Shown here: piece by piece, positions 39,262 through 51,767 of the stretch
Numbering within the stretch: the stretch's first letter is position 1
How the letters are laid out: the number at the start of each line of letters is the position of its first letter
Source: Hyalangium minutum
Lineage (GTDB): Bacteria; Myxococcota; Myxococcia; Myxococcales; Myxococcaceae
NCBI RefSeq assembly: GCF_000737315.1
Contig: NZ_JMCB01000001.1
Span: 144,001 to 206,000, forward strand
Length of the DNA: 62,000 nt
Direction of reading: 5' to 3'
Made by a program: the position numbers and the translations under genes
The notes under the pieces: generated by a model
Databases searched by the model: none
What the model saw: only the letters and a program-made list of their open reading frames with translations
Told to the model about the DNA's origin: nothing

Positions 39262-39921
39262 TCATGCCGTCGCGCCTTCCTGAGTGACTGGCCCCTCCGC
39301 CATGGCAGGGAGGCTGCCGGGGAGCGAGGGCTGGTATTTGAAGTCTGCGTCGTAAAGGTCCGGGAACTCGACGTCACACGGCCCCGGGGCGAGCGGCTCG
39401 ATCCGCGCGAACCCGGCGGAGTTCGTCATCCCCTCGCGCACCACGTTGCCCTTCTGGAGAATCCGGAAGCTCCGGTTCGCCACGGGCTCGCCGTCCTGGT
39501 TGACCAACTCCAGCTCGATCCAGGCGCCCTTGTCCGCGGGCTTCTCTTTCTCTGGGGGAGGCTCCCACTTGGGGGCGGGCTCCGGAGCCTCCAGTGTCGA
39601 CAGCCCCTGAATGTGAGGACGCGCCTCCAGCACCAGCCGCCCGGCGAGCAGCGCCGCCTCCAGATCCTGGCCAAGCGCCTGAGCCTCCAAGGGCCCCACG
39701 CGCCGGGAAGTCCCCCGAAAGGCCGGGCCCCTCAGCTCCGCATGGAGCGCGAAGGCCGCTTCCACCGCCCGGGGCGACAGGCTCTCGAGCTCCGCCCGGG
39801 CGAAGGCCCATACCTGCCACGCGCGCTCCTGCTCCTCAGGAGACAGGGACTGCCGCTCCCCCTGCGCTCGGAGACGGAACTCCCCAAGAGGCGTTCTGAG
39901 CACCCAGGACGAGCTAAACAT
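39262..39921 (-). CDS. Hypothetical protein with a C-terminal Ig/transthyretin-like beta domain
   Basis: WIELELVNQDGEPVANRSFRI...EGMTNSAGFARIE..APGPCDVEFPDL. Start is uncertain (39921-39945). Confidence 0.72.
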   Translation of the reverse strand: MFSSSWVLRTPLGEFRLRAQGERQSLSPEEQERAWQVWAFARAELESLSPRAVEAAFALHAELRGPAFRGTSRRVGPLEAQALGQDLEAALLAGRLVLEARPHIQGLSTLEAPEPAPKWEPPPEKEKPADKGAWIELELVNQDGEPVANRSFRILQKGNVVREGMTNSAGFARIEPLAPGPCDVEFPDLYDADFKYQPSLPGSLPAMAEGPVTQEGATA

Positions 39922-39996
39922 GCAGGGGAACGCTAGCCCGCCCACTCACGCTGGGACAACCCATCCGCCCTCCCCCACGCTCCCCGTCCTGCCCAC

Positions 39997-40359
39997 CTAC
40001 CCGTGGTAGACGCGCGAGGCGACGATCTTCCCGCCCTTCACCTCCAGCACCTCGGCCACCGGCATGTCCGGGTCGCCGGGCGCGTGGCGCAGGTACTCCA
40101 TGAAGACGCGCTCCCCGTCAGCCGTCAGGGCCGTCTCCTCGTACTTCAGGCCCGGCAGCCGGGCGATCGCCTCCCGCCACCACTTCGCCAGCGCCTGCTT
40201 GCCCACCAGCTTGCCGCCCGTCTCCGGGTGCAACACCCGGATCTTCGGAGAGGTATGGGTGCAGTCCTCGGCGTAGAGCGCCACCAGCGCCTCCACGTCA
40301 TGGGCGTTGAAGGCCTTCAGCCACGCCCGGGCCAAGGAGAAGTTTTCGCTCGCGCTCAT
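39997..40359 (-). CDS. SnoaL/NTF2-like protein
   Basis: WLKAFNAHDVEALVALYAED...EVLEVKGGKIVASRVY; real start ATG 40359. Confidence 0.88.
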   Translation of the reverse strand: MSASENFSLARAWLKAFNAHDVEALVALYAEDCTHTSPKIRVLHPETGGKLVGKQALAKWWREAIARLPGLKYEETALTADGERVFMEYLRHAPGDPDMPVAEVLEVKGGKIVASRVYHG

Positions 40360-40572
40360 GGTTCTATCCCTCGGAAAAAGCCTGGCCGGTCCCTGCGCTG
40401 CGCCGGAAAGGCCTCCCCTATATAAGGTGTACGGCTTGATCGGTAGGCGGGGGTGGGTGCACGTAAGCCCCCACCAGCATGCGGATTTGGCTGGAAAGTT
40501 CAACCTGTGGGAAGTAGAGGCCCCGCCTGCCCTGTTCCCCCAGGCATTTTTCAAGAGAAGAAGGACCGGATC

Positions 40573-42687
<2,115 letters not shown>

Positions 42688-42718
42688 TCCGCGGTCCGCC
42701 GCACAACACTTGAAGTCC

Positions 42719-42759
42719 AGGGAGGGCGCCTCTCGGGTGGAGGCGCCCTCTCCCTTTTT
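42719..42759 (+). terminator. Rho-independent terminator after fusA
   Basis: GAGGGCGCCTC-tcgggtg-GAGGCGCCCTC, then TCCCTTTTT. Confidence 0.8.
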
Positions 42760-42807
42760 CAGGCCTCGCTACGAAGCGAGCGCCAGGCACCCGACCTACG
42801 GGAAATC

Positions 42808-44313
42808 ATGACTTTTGACGAACTGAAGCTCGCTGAACCCCTGCTGCGCGCCGTGAAGGCCGAGGGCTACACCACTCCCACTCCCATCCAGACCCAGGCC
42901 ATTCCTCCGGCGCTCGCCGGCCGCGACGTGCTGGGCTGCGCACAGACGGGCACGGGCAAGACGGCGGCGTTCGCGCTGCCCATCCTCCACCGGCTCTCCG
43001 AGGGCCGCCCCGCTCCGGCCGCGCACGGGCGCCCCATCCGCGCGCTCATCCTCACCCCCACTCGCGAGCTGGCCAGCCAGATCGTCGAGAGCTTCCAGGC
43101 CTACGGGAAGTTCACCTCGCTCACGTGGGCGGTGATCTTTGGCGGCGTGGGGCAGAACGCGCAGGAGCAGGCGCTGCGGCGCGGCGTGGACGTGCTGGTG
43201 GCGACGCCCGGGCGGCTGTTGGACCTGATGAGCCAGAAGCTCGTCTCGTACAAGGCGCTCGAGGTGTTCGTGCTGGACGAGGCCGACCGCATGCTGGACA
43301 TGGGCTTCATCCATGACGTGAAGAAGGTCATCGCGGCGATCCCTGCGAAGCGGCAGACGCTGTTCTTCTCCGCGACGATGCCGCCGGAGATCCAGGCGCT
43401 GAGCAAGGGCATCCTGAAGGATCCGGCGAAGGTGGAGGTGGTGCCGCAATCCACCACGGCGGAGAAGGTGGAGCAGCGGCTGTACTTCGTGGAGCGCGAG
43501 CAGAAGCGCCACCTGCTGGTGCACCTGCTGGGCGACACGAGCATCCGCCGGGCGCTGGTGTTCACGCGGACGAAGCACGGCGCCAACCGGGTGACGCGGC
43601 AACTGGAGGCGGCGCGCATCACCGCCGAGGCCATTCACGGCAACAAGAGCCAGAACGCGCGCGAGCGGGCGCTGGACTCGTTCAAGGACGGCAGCTGCCG
43701 GGTGCTGGTGGCCACGGACATCGCGGCGCGCGGCATCGACATCGAGGGGATTACCCACGTCATCAACTTCGATTTGCCGAACATCCCCGAGTCCTACGTG
43801 CACCGCATTGGCCGCACGGGCCGCGCGGGCGCGGCGGGCACGGCGCTGTCCTTCTGCGACACGGAGGAGCGCGCGTACCTGAAGGACATCGAGCGCACCA
43901 TCCGGCGGCACGTGCCGGTGGTGGCGGACCACCCGTTCCGCTCGGGCTCCGGGGCGCCGACGCCCTCGGTGCTGGGGGCGGCGCAGGGACAGTCCGCGCA
44001 GGGCGGACAGCGGTCCGAGGGTGGACAGCGGCACGGCGGCGGGCAGCGCCCTCAGGGCGGCAGCCAGCGGCGCGGCGGTGGCGGCCAGCGGCACGGCGAG
44101 TCGCGGCGGGACGGAGCCGAGGCCCACGGTCCTCGGGGGGACGGGCAGCGGCGCCGGCGCGGTGGGCGCGGGCGTCCGGGCGGCCAGGGTGGCGAGGCCC
44201 GGCAGTCGCAGGGGCAGCACCGGGGCACGGACGGACGGGGTGCTCCCTCGGCGGCTCCGGCTTCGGCGGCGCCTCGGCCTCCTCCGGCGCGCACCTCTCC
44301 GAAGTGGCTCTGA
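42808..44313 (+). CDS. rhlE: DEAD-box RNA helicase, RhlE-like
   Basis: [27 protein letters not shown], Gly/Arg-rich tail. Confidence 0.93.
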   Translation: MTFDELKLAEPLLRAVKAEGYTTPTPIQTQAIPPALAGRDVLGCAQTGTGKTAAFALPILHRLSEGRPAPAAHGRPIRALILTPTRELASQIVESFQAYGKFTSLTWAVIFGGVGQNAQEQALRRGVDVLVATPGRLLDLMSQKLVSYKALEVFVLDEADRMLDMGFIHDVKKVIAAIPAKRQTLFFSATMPPEIQALSKGILKDPAKVEVVPQSTTAEKVEQRLYFVEREQKRHLLVHLLGDTSIRRALVFTRTKHGANRVTRQLEAARITAEAIHGNKSQNARERALDSFKDGSCRVLVATDIAARGIDIEGITHVINFDLPNIPESYVHRIGRTGRAGAAGTALSFCDTEERAYLKDIERTIRRHVPVVADHPFRSGSGAPTPSVLGAAQGQSAQGGQRSEGGQRHGGGQRPQGGSQRRGGGGQRHGESRRDGAEAHGPRGDGQRRRRGGRGRPGGQGGEARQSQGQHRGTDGRGAPSAAPASAAPRPPPARTSPKWL

Positions 44314-44328
44314 GGTAAAGAGAGCCCC

Positions 44329-46257
44329 GTGACCCTGCTCCGCGCCGCCAATGTCCAGCTGACCTTCGGAAGCCGTACCGTCTTCGAGGGGCTCACCCTC
44401 ACCATCGAGGAGGGTGAGCGCGTCGGCTTGGTGGGAGTGAACGGGTCGGGGAAGTCCTCGCTGATGAAGATCATGGCGGGGGTGTCGCGGCCGGACGCGG
44501 GGGAGCTTCAGCTCCGCCGTGGGGCTCGCGTCACCTACCTGCCGCAGGAGCCCGAGTTCCCCGAGGGCGCCACGGTGGCCTCGGAGCTGTCGGTGTCGCA
44601 GGGGCCGCTGAAGGAGGTGCTCACGGCGCACGCGGAGCTGAGCCGCAAGCTGGAGTCCACTCCGGCGGAGGCCCACGAGAAGCTGCTGGAGCAGCTCGCC
44701 TCGTTGAACGACCGCATCGAGCAGCTCGGCGGCTGGGACACGGAGCACCACGCGAAGATGCTGCTGGACCGGCTGGGCGTGAAGGAGTGGGACCGGCCGG
44801 TGTCTCAGCTGTCTGGCGGCTTGCGCAAGCGCGTGGCGATTGCGCGGGCGCTGCTGACGCGGCCGGACCTGCTGATGCTGGACGAGCCCACCAACCACCT
44901 GGACGCGGACACGGTGGACTGGCTCGAGGGAGAGCTGGACAAGCTCCCAGGCTCGCTGCTGCTGGTGACGCACGATCGCTACTTCCTGGACGGGCTGGTG
45001 GATCGAATTGTGGAGATCCAACCCGGCGGAGGCGTGGTCTCGTACCCGGGCAACTACGAGGCGTACATCGAGCAGAAGCTGGTGGCGCAGGAGAACGCGT
45101 CCCTGGCGCAGCACAAGCGTGAGCGGTGGATCGCGCAAGAAGTGGCCTGGCTGCGGCGAGGCCCCGAGGCGCGGCGCACGAAGAGCAAGGCGCGCATCGA
45201 TCGGGCGCGGAAGCTGATGGCAGAGAAGGGCTTCCAGCGGCCGAAGGTGGCGGAGCTGCAGGTGCTGGCGGCGCCCCGGCTCGGGCACACGGTCATCGAG
45301 GCAGAGGGGATTGGAAAGTCCTACGGCGACCGGAAGGTGCTGAAGAACGTGGACTTCCGGCTGCAGCGCGGCGAGCGCGTGGGAATCGTGGGGCCCAACG
45401 GCGTGGGCAAGACGACGTTCCTGCGGGTGTTGCTGGGCGAGCTGCCTCCGGACAGCGGGAAGCTGGTCATCGGGAAGAACACGAAGGTGGCGTACTACGA
45501 CCAGACGCGGGCCTCGCTGGATCCCGAGCAGACGGTGTACGAGGCGGCCTCTCCGGGCGAGGACTGGGTAGAGTTCGGCGACAAGAAGGTGGCCCTGCGG
45601 GACTACCTGGAAGACCTGCTGTTCCCGGTACCGATGCAGAAGCAGAAGGTGGCGGCGCTGTCGGGAGGCGAGCGCAACCGGCTGCTGCTGGCGCGGCTGT
45701 TCCTGGAAGGGGCGAACGTCCTGGTGCTGGACGAGCCCACGAACGATCTGGACATCGTGACGTTGAACGTCCTGGAGGGGCTGCTGCTGAGCTTCACGGG
45801 GAGCGTGCTGCTGGTGACCCACGACCGGTACTTCCTGGACAAGGTGGCCACGTCCATCCTGGCTTTCGAGGGAGACGGGCGGGTAGTCCGGTACGAGGGC
45901 AACTACGCGATGTACCGGCGCCTGAAGGACCAGGCGGAGGCGGCTAAAGCGGCGGAGGCCTCGGCGACAGCGCCGAAGAAGGAGGCCCCTCCCCCGTCCC
46001 AGGCCGAGGCGCCGAAGCAGGCGCGGAAGCCCGGGAAGCTCTCGTACAAGGAGCAGCGGGAGCTGGACGGAATGGAGGCGGCGATCGAGGCGGCGGAGAC
46101 GCGCAAAGCGGAGCTGGAAGCGAAGCTGGCCGACCCCACCGTCTACAGCAGCGCGACGAAGGTGCCGGAGCTGCAGCGCGAGCTGGAGACTGCGACCGTC
46201 GAGGTGGACCGGCTGTACGCGCGCTGGCAGGAACTGCAGAACCTCGTCAGCGGTTGA
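44329..46257 (+). CDS. uup: ABC-F family ATPase, Uup-like
   Basis: Two ABC cassettes (GVNGSGKS and GPNGVGKT; LDEPTN twice), no TM helices, C-terminal KLSYKEQREL domain. Confidence 0.9.
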   Translation: MTLLRAANVQLTFGSRTVFEGLTLTIEEGERVGLVGVNGSGKSSLMKIMAGVSRPDAGELQLRRGARVTYLPQEPEFPEGATVASELSVSQGPLKEVLTAHAELSRKLESTPAEAHEKLLEQLASLNDRIEQLGGWDTEHHAKMLLDRLGVKEWDRPVSQLSGGLRKRVAIARALLTRPDLLMLDEPTNHLDADTVDWLEGELDKLPGSLLLVTHDRYFLDGLVDRIVEIQPGGGVVSYPGNYEAYIEQKLVAQENASLAQHKRERWIAQEVAWLRRGPEARRTKSKARIDRARKLMAEKGFQRPKVAELQVLAAPRLGHTVIEAEGIGKSYGDRKVLKNVDFRLQRGERVGIVGPNGVGKTTFLRVLLGELPPDSGKLVIGKNTKVAYYDQTRASLDPEQTVYEAASPGEDWVEFGDKKVALRDYLEDLLFPVPMQKQKVAALSGGERNRLLLARLFLEGANVLVLDEPTNDLDIVTLNVLEGLLLSFTGSVLLVTHDRYFLDKVATSILAFEGDGRVVRYEGNYAMYRRLKDQAEAAKAAEASATAPKKEAPPPSQAEAPKQARKPGKLSYKEQRELDGMEAAIEAAETRKAELEAKLADPTVYSSATKVPELQRELETATVEVDRLYARWQELQNLVSG

Positions 46258-46298
46258 GCGCCGGCCGACGCCACGGAGCGAGAGAGAGGCATGATGTG

Positions 46299-47690
46299 AT
46301 GATCCATCCGAAAAGAGCAGCAGTCCCCCTGGCGCTCGCCCTGGGCGCGCTGGTGTTAGGACTGGGGTGGGCCAGCCTGCGAAAGGAGCCTTCGCCTCTC
46401 GGCGAGTCCGCGCAAGGGAACAGCCCGGGCAATCCTCAAGACGCCCAGCGCACTGGATCTTCGCAGCAGGACAAGGACGAGTACGCGCGGAAGGCCCTGG
46501 AGGCGCTGCGGGAAGCAGGCTTCACGGAGCCCCTGACCTACGATCCCGAGCGCTTCCAGATCCAAATCCCCGACGGCGAGGGCCAGCAAGCGCAGACGAT
46601 CTTCCTCGGCAATCTCTATGACGAGTACCGATCGGCGCCTCCCGAGCGGCGCGAGGTAGTGCTCCGGCACATCACGGCGATGGGCCGCGCGCCGAGCTCC
46701 CCCATCAGTTACACGTCGGCGCGCTCGTCGTTGATGCCCGTGGTGCGCCCGCGCGCGTACTTCTCACTGCTGGAGATCGTCGATCCGAAGAGCCCGCTCG
46801 GCAGCCCGAGGCCCGCGGAGTGGCGCGCGCTGGGAGAGGTGCTCTCGGTGGCGGTCGTGCTCGATACGCCGGACGCCATGAAGTACCTGGGGCAGGAGCA
46901 GTTCCAGGAGTGGGGCATCACCTTCGACGAGGCGCTCGGGGTCGCGATGGAGAACCTGCGGAGCCAGAGCGCCGAGCCGCTGTTTCCGGTGGCCCCAGGC
47001 GTTTGCGCCTCGGGGTGGCGAGACAGCTATGGCGTATCTCGCCTGCTGCTGGACGAGGTGGTGCGCCGCTGCAAGGTGCGTGGGGATCCCGTGGTCTTCG
47101 CGCCCCAGCGGGATCTGCTGCTCATCACCGGCGCGGAGGACGAGGACGGGCTGGCACAGGCCGCGGAGATCGCCCTGAAGGCCTTCCAGGCGCCGCGCTC
47201 GATCGACGGACGCGCGCTGCGGCGAACGCCCCAGGGGTGGAAGCCCTTCCTGCCCGCGCCCCAGAGCAAGGCGTGGCAGCCCATGCGCAACCTGGCGGTC
47301 TACAGCCAGGGGCGCGATTACGCGGATCAGACGGATCGGCTCCGGCAGCAACACGAACAACTCGGGGTGGAGCTCTTCGTCGCGGACTTCGTGGTCTCGG
47401 AGGAGGAGTCAGGCCAGGCGGTCAGCCAGGCAGTCTGGGTCAAGGGGCTCGACACGCTGTTGCCGCGCGTGGATCGGATCTTCTTCATGGACGAGGCGCT
47501 CGGACCCAAGGCGCCGCCCGTGGCGGTGGTGCGCTGGGAAGCGGTGAAGCGGGACATGGGGGCCCAGTTGGTGCCAGTGGAAGGAGACTATCCCGAGCGC
47601 TACCGCCCGCAGGGCTTCCCCTCCCCCGAGCAGATTGCCCGCTGGAAGAAGGATCCGAGCGCGTGGGACATGCCCCCGCCGCCTCCGTAA
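46299..47690 (+). CDS. Membrane-anchored or exported hypothetical protein (DUF1444-like)
   Basis: N-terminal hydrophobic helix; LMPVVRPRAY..., WGITFDEAL..A.ENL, FAPQRDLLLITG. Family call is from memory only. Confidence 0.72.
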   Translation: MIHPKRAAVPLALALGALVLGLGWASLRKEPSPLGESAQGNSPGNPQDAQRTGSSQQDKDEYARKALEALREAGFTEPLTYDPERFQIQIPDGEGQQAQTIFLGNLYDEYRSAPPERREVVLRHITAMGRAPSSPISYTSARSSLMPVVRPRAYFSLLEIVDPKSPLGSPRPAEWRALGEVLSVAVVLDTPDAMKYLGQEQFQEWGITFDEALGVAMENLRSQSAEPLFPVAPGVCASGWRDSYGVSRLLLDEVVRRCKVRGDPVVFAPQRDLLLITGAEDEDGLAQAAEIALKAFQAPRSIDGRALRRTPQGWKPFLPAPQSKAWQPMRNLAVYSQGRDYADQTDRLRQQHEQLGVELFVADFVVSEEESGQAVSQAVWVKGLDTLLPRVDRIFFMDEALGPKAPPVAVVRWEAVKRDMGAQLVPVEGDYPERYRPQGFPSPEQIARWKKDPSAWDMPPPPP

Positions 47691-47699
47691 GGCGGCACC

Positions 47700-48480
<781 letters not shown>

Positions 48481-48496
48481 GGGCACTCTACGTCCC

Positions 48497-49075
48497 TTAC
48501 GAGGCGTCTGGCGTTTCTTCCTGCACGGCCAGAGAGAAGGGGTAGATCGAGCGGTGGCCGATGTTCGAGTGGTCGACGGTAAGGTAAAGCTCACCCGCGA
48601 TCGAAATCACCGCTTGCGGAGGGGGGCTGACCTGGCTCTTGAACCAGGCCTCGGCCTCCGGAAGCGTCGAGAAGGAGGCGACGGGTGGCGGTAGCCCTTC
48701 ACGAACACGTGCTCCGAGGAAGTACTGAAGGACGGGATGGGGAAAGATGCGGCGTTCCTGCAAATCGCGGTTGTAGACGAGCAGATGGTACTGGTCCGCA
48801 ATCAAGACGTATGCAGAAGAGGGAGGTGCAGGCTGCTCCTTCAACCAGTTCTCCGCCTCCTCGCGTGAGCCGAACGCCGCCGCGACGCGCGGAGGTTCGT
48901 CGGACGCCAGATGCTTCCGGTAATCCTCAAAGGCATAAACCTGCCCCGTGGATTCGATGAACAGAAGAGCGTCAAACAGGACGTCACGCACTTCCTGAGG
49001 AGCATGGACCGAAGCGTTTGAGCCAAGACCCGCAAGGAACTCCATGGCACTGGAAAGGAGCTTGCGCGTACTCAT
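48497..49075 (-). CDS. Hypothetical protein with an internal ~55-aa duplication (putative immunity partner)
   Basis: ATGA-coupled to the upstream lipoprotein. Repeats PPRVAAAFGSREEAENWL and PPPVASFSTLPEAEAWF. Confidence 0.78.
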   Translation of the reverse strand: MSTRKLLSSAMEFLAGLGSNASVHAPQEVRDVLFDALLFIESTGQVYAFEDYRKHLASDEPPRVAAAFGSREEAENWLKEQPAPPSSAYVLIADQYHLLVYNRDLQERRIFPHPVLQYFLGARVREGLPPPVASFSTLPEAEAWFKSQVSPPPQAVISIAGELYLTVDHSNIGHRSIYPFSLAVQEETPDAS

Positions 49076-49701
49076 TGCGCCCCCCCAGCAACACTGTCCT
49101 CGGGTTGGCTTTCGGATGACGTCATCAGCACCACGGGAGCAAGAACCAGAAGCCCAGCCCCAGCGGAGATGACCACAAAGGCGATCCCAGCAACGGTGAT
49201 GACGCTGCCCACCAAGACCTCCTTCCGGTGGCGCTTCAGCCAGTCGATCAGACCATCCACTGTCGTGAACTCCTGGGGCCGGAGCCGCTCCAGTTCCCGA
49301 CAATCATCGTAGGCCTGCTGGCATTCGCGACGGCAGAACTCCGACTTGCCGCCCATCTTGCGAGGGGACGTATAGCTTCCATACCCAGGAGGAAGAGGAC
49401 GCGACATGCATTTTTGGTAGCACTCTTGATTCTCCTGGTCACAGTCTCGAGGCCGGGCCGCAGCAGGTAGAACGCCTCCTGATCGCGCTTCGTTGGCTGA
49501 CCGAAACCGGTAGGCCGAGAAGTCGAAGCGCTCGGCGGGCTGCCACGCGTGGGTGACCTGACCATCGGGGTGCGCTTGGAGAACAAGCACGAAGTGCTCA
49601 GGATTTGCTGGGCTCGGCACTTCTGGCGAACGAGAACGGCTGGCGCTGCATGCCACCAGCAAGGTGCTCAGGCCCACGGCGAGGAGCTTCTTAAGCATCA
49701 T
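49072..49701 (-). CDS. Lipoprotein with a six-Cys domain and a C-terminal hydrophobic hairpin (putative toxin)
   Basis: Lipobox LLVAC; C-x6-C-x3-C ... C-x3-C-x6-C; 32-aa hydrophobic stretch near the C-terminus. Start may be 49728. Confidence 0.8.
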   Translation of the reverse strand: MMLKKLLAVGLSTLLVACSASRSRSPEVPSPANPEHFVLVLQAHPDGQVTHAWQPAERFDFSAYRFRSANEARSGGVLPAAARPRDCDQENQECYQKCMSRPLPPGYGSYTSPRKMGGKSEFCRRECQQAYDDCRELERLRPQEFTTVDGLIDWLKRHRKEVLVGSVITVAGIAFVVISAGAGLLVLAPVVLMTSSESQPEDSVAGGAQ

Positions 49702-50060
49702 GTTGGGTCCTCTGGGGGCCATCCGCATCGATGATATAGCACCAGCCCCAGACCTGCCCCCACGCCCACCGCGGACAGGCCATGCCGCACCGCCAGCCAC
49801 ACCACCACCCTCCGCCTCGCCCCCAGCGCCATCCGCACCCGATCTCCCGAGCTCGCTGCGTCACCCGGTATGACGGCCGATGGCCCCGAAACACCCTCGG
49901 AAAGCGAGCCGGCCTCAGAGGCTCCGATTGCCTGCCTGCTCGGACGGATCCTGGCTGCCTGGAGGCTGGGGGAAGCCTCCGGCGCCGTCATCCGTTGCAG
50001 ACCGTCCCCATGGCTCCCTGGCTGTGCTAGGTAGGCCCCCTCTCTGACTTTCGAACACCT

Positions 50061-51683
50061 ATGATTCGGCTCGACAACATCGGCAAGCAGCACGGCCAGC
50101 AGATCCTCTTCGTGGAGGCCTCCGCCCAGCTCAACCGCGGCGAGAAGATTGGCCTCGTAGGCCCCAACGGCGCGGGCAAGACCACCCTCTTCCGCATGGT
50201 CATGCAGCGCGAGCACCCGGACGAAGGCCAGGTCTCCGTCGACCGGGGCGTCACCATCGGTTACTTCGACCAGGACGTGGGCGAGATGTCCGGCATGTCC
50301 GCCGTGGCCGCGACCATGGACGGCGCGGGCCCGGTCTCCGAGGTCGCCGCCGAGCTCAAGCAGCTCGAGGCCGCCATGGCCGACCCAGAGCGCATGGACG
50401 AGATGGACAAGCTCATCGAGCGCTTCGGCGTGGTGCAGGGCCGCTACGAGGAGCTGGGCGGCTACGCGCTGGAGGGCAAGGCACGGGAGATCCTCGCGGG
50501 CCTGGGCTTCACCCTGGAGATGATGGACGGGGACGTGGGGGCGCTCAGCGGTGGGTGGAAGATGCGCGTGGCGCTGGCCCGCATCCTCCTGATGCGCCCG
50601 GACGTCATGCTGCTGGACGAGCCCAGCAACCACCTCGACATCGAGTCGCTCATCTGGCTGGAGAACTTCCTCAAGGGCTACGAAGGCGCCCTGCTGATGA
50701 CCAGCCACGACCGCGAGTTCATGAACCGCGTCATCTCGAAGATCATCGAGATCGACGGTGGCACGCTGACGACGTACTCGGGCAACTACGACTTCTACGA
50801 GAAGCAGCGCGCCCAGCTCGAGCGCCAGCAGCAGGCGCAGTTCGAGCGCCAGCAGGCCATGCTCGCCAAGGAGCTGAAGTTCATCGAGCGCTTCAAGGCG
50901 CGCGCCTCGCACGCGGCCCAGGTGCAGAGCCGGGTGAAGAAGCTGGAGAAGATCGAAAAGGTGGAGCCGCCCAAGCGGCGCCAGACCCTGGTGTTCGACT
51001 TCCAGCCGCCGCCGCGCTCGGGCGACGACGTGGCGAAGCTGGAGCGGGTGGTGAAGGGCTATGGCAAGCGCCGCATCTACAGCGGGCTGGACTTCCTGGT
51101 CCGCCGCGGCGAGCGCTGGTGCGTGATGGGCGTGAACGGCGCGGGCAAGTCCACGCTGCTCAAGCTGATTGCGGGCGAGTCCCATCCGGATGACGGAGCG
51201 GTGTCGGTGGGCTCCAGCGTGAAGATGGGCTACTTCGCCCAGCACGCCATGGAGGTGCTCAAGGGCGAGCTGACGGTGTTCGAGTCCCTGGTAGAGCGGT
51301 TCCCGCGGGCTTCGCAGGGCTCGCTGCGGGCGCTGGCCGGGTGCTTCGGCTTCTCCGGCGACGAGGTGGAGAAGAAGTGCCGGGTGCTCTCCGGTGGCGA
51401 GAAGGCGCGGCTGGTGCTGGCGCAGATGCTCTACGATCCGCCCAACTTCCTGGTGCTGGACGAGCCCACCAACCACCTGGACATGGCCACCAAGCAGATG
51501 CTGATCACAGCGCTGGCCAACTACGAGGGCACCATGCTCTTCGTGAGCCACGATCGGCACTTCCTGGCGGCGCTCTCCAACCGGGTGCTGGAGCTGACGC
51601 CCGAGGGCGTGCACCAGTACGGTGGTGGTTACACGGAATACGTGTCGCGCACGGGCCAGGAGGCCCCGGGTCTCAGAAATTAA
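50061..51683 (+). CDS. ABC-F family ATPase (second in the window)
   Basis: GPNGAGKT and GVNGAGKS, LSGGWKMR, LDEPSN and LDEPTN, no TM segments. Confidence 0.95.
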   Translation: MIRLDNIGKQHGQQILFVEASAQLNRGEKIGLVGPNGAGKTTLFRMVMQREHPDEGQVSVDRGVTIGYFDQDVGEMSGMSAVAATMDGAGPVSEVAAELKQLEAAMADPERMDEMDKLIERFGVVQGRYEELGGYALEGKAREILAGLGFTLEMMDGDVGALSGGWKMRVALARILLMRPDVMLLDEPSNHLDIESLIWLENFLKGYEGALLMTSHDREFMNRVISKIIEIDGGTLTTYSGNYDFYEKQRAQLERQQQAQFERQQAMLAKELKFIERFKARASHAAQVQSRVKKLEKIEKVEPPKRRQTLVFDFQPPPRSGDDVAKLERVVKGYGKRRIYSGLDFLVRRGERWCVMGVNGAGKSTLLKLIAGESHPDDGAVSVGSSVKMGYFAQHAMEVLKGELTVFESLVERFPRASQGSLRALAGCFGFSGDEVEKKCRVLSGGEKARLVLAQMLYDPPNFLVLDEPTNHLDMATKQMLITALANYEGTMLFVSHDRHFLAALSNRVLELTPEGVHQYGGGYTEYVSRTGQEAPGLRN

Positions 51684-51692
51684 GAGTCAGGG

Positions 51693-51727
51693 CGCGCGGG
51701 CCTTGAACTCTGGGTCCGCGCGTTTTC
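51693..51727 (+). terminator. Rho-independent terminator
   Basis: CGCGCGGGCC-loop-GGTCCGCGCG followed by TTTT. Confidence 0.7.
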
Positions 51728-51767
51728 TACTCCCTACTCGCCGCGTAGGTTCGTAGAGTGCACGGTG

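Noticed and set aside
40495-40510. GTTCAA resembling a tRNA T-loop inside the fusA leader
   Set aside because: No proper T-stem, anticodon arm or acceptor end; not a tRNA.
49715-49840. 10-bp direct repeat GCCATCCGCA upstream of the lipoprotein, and GAGTGTTC twice at ~59551/59582
   Set aside because: Short repeats in high-GC sequence with no supporting context; compatible with chance.
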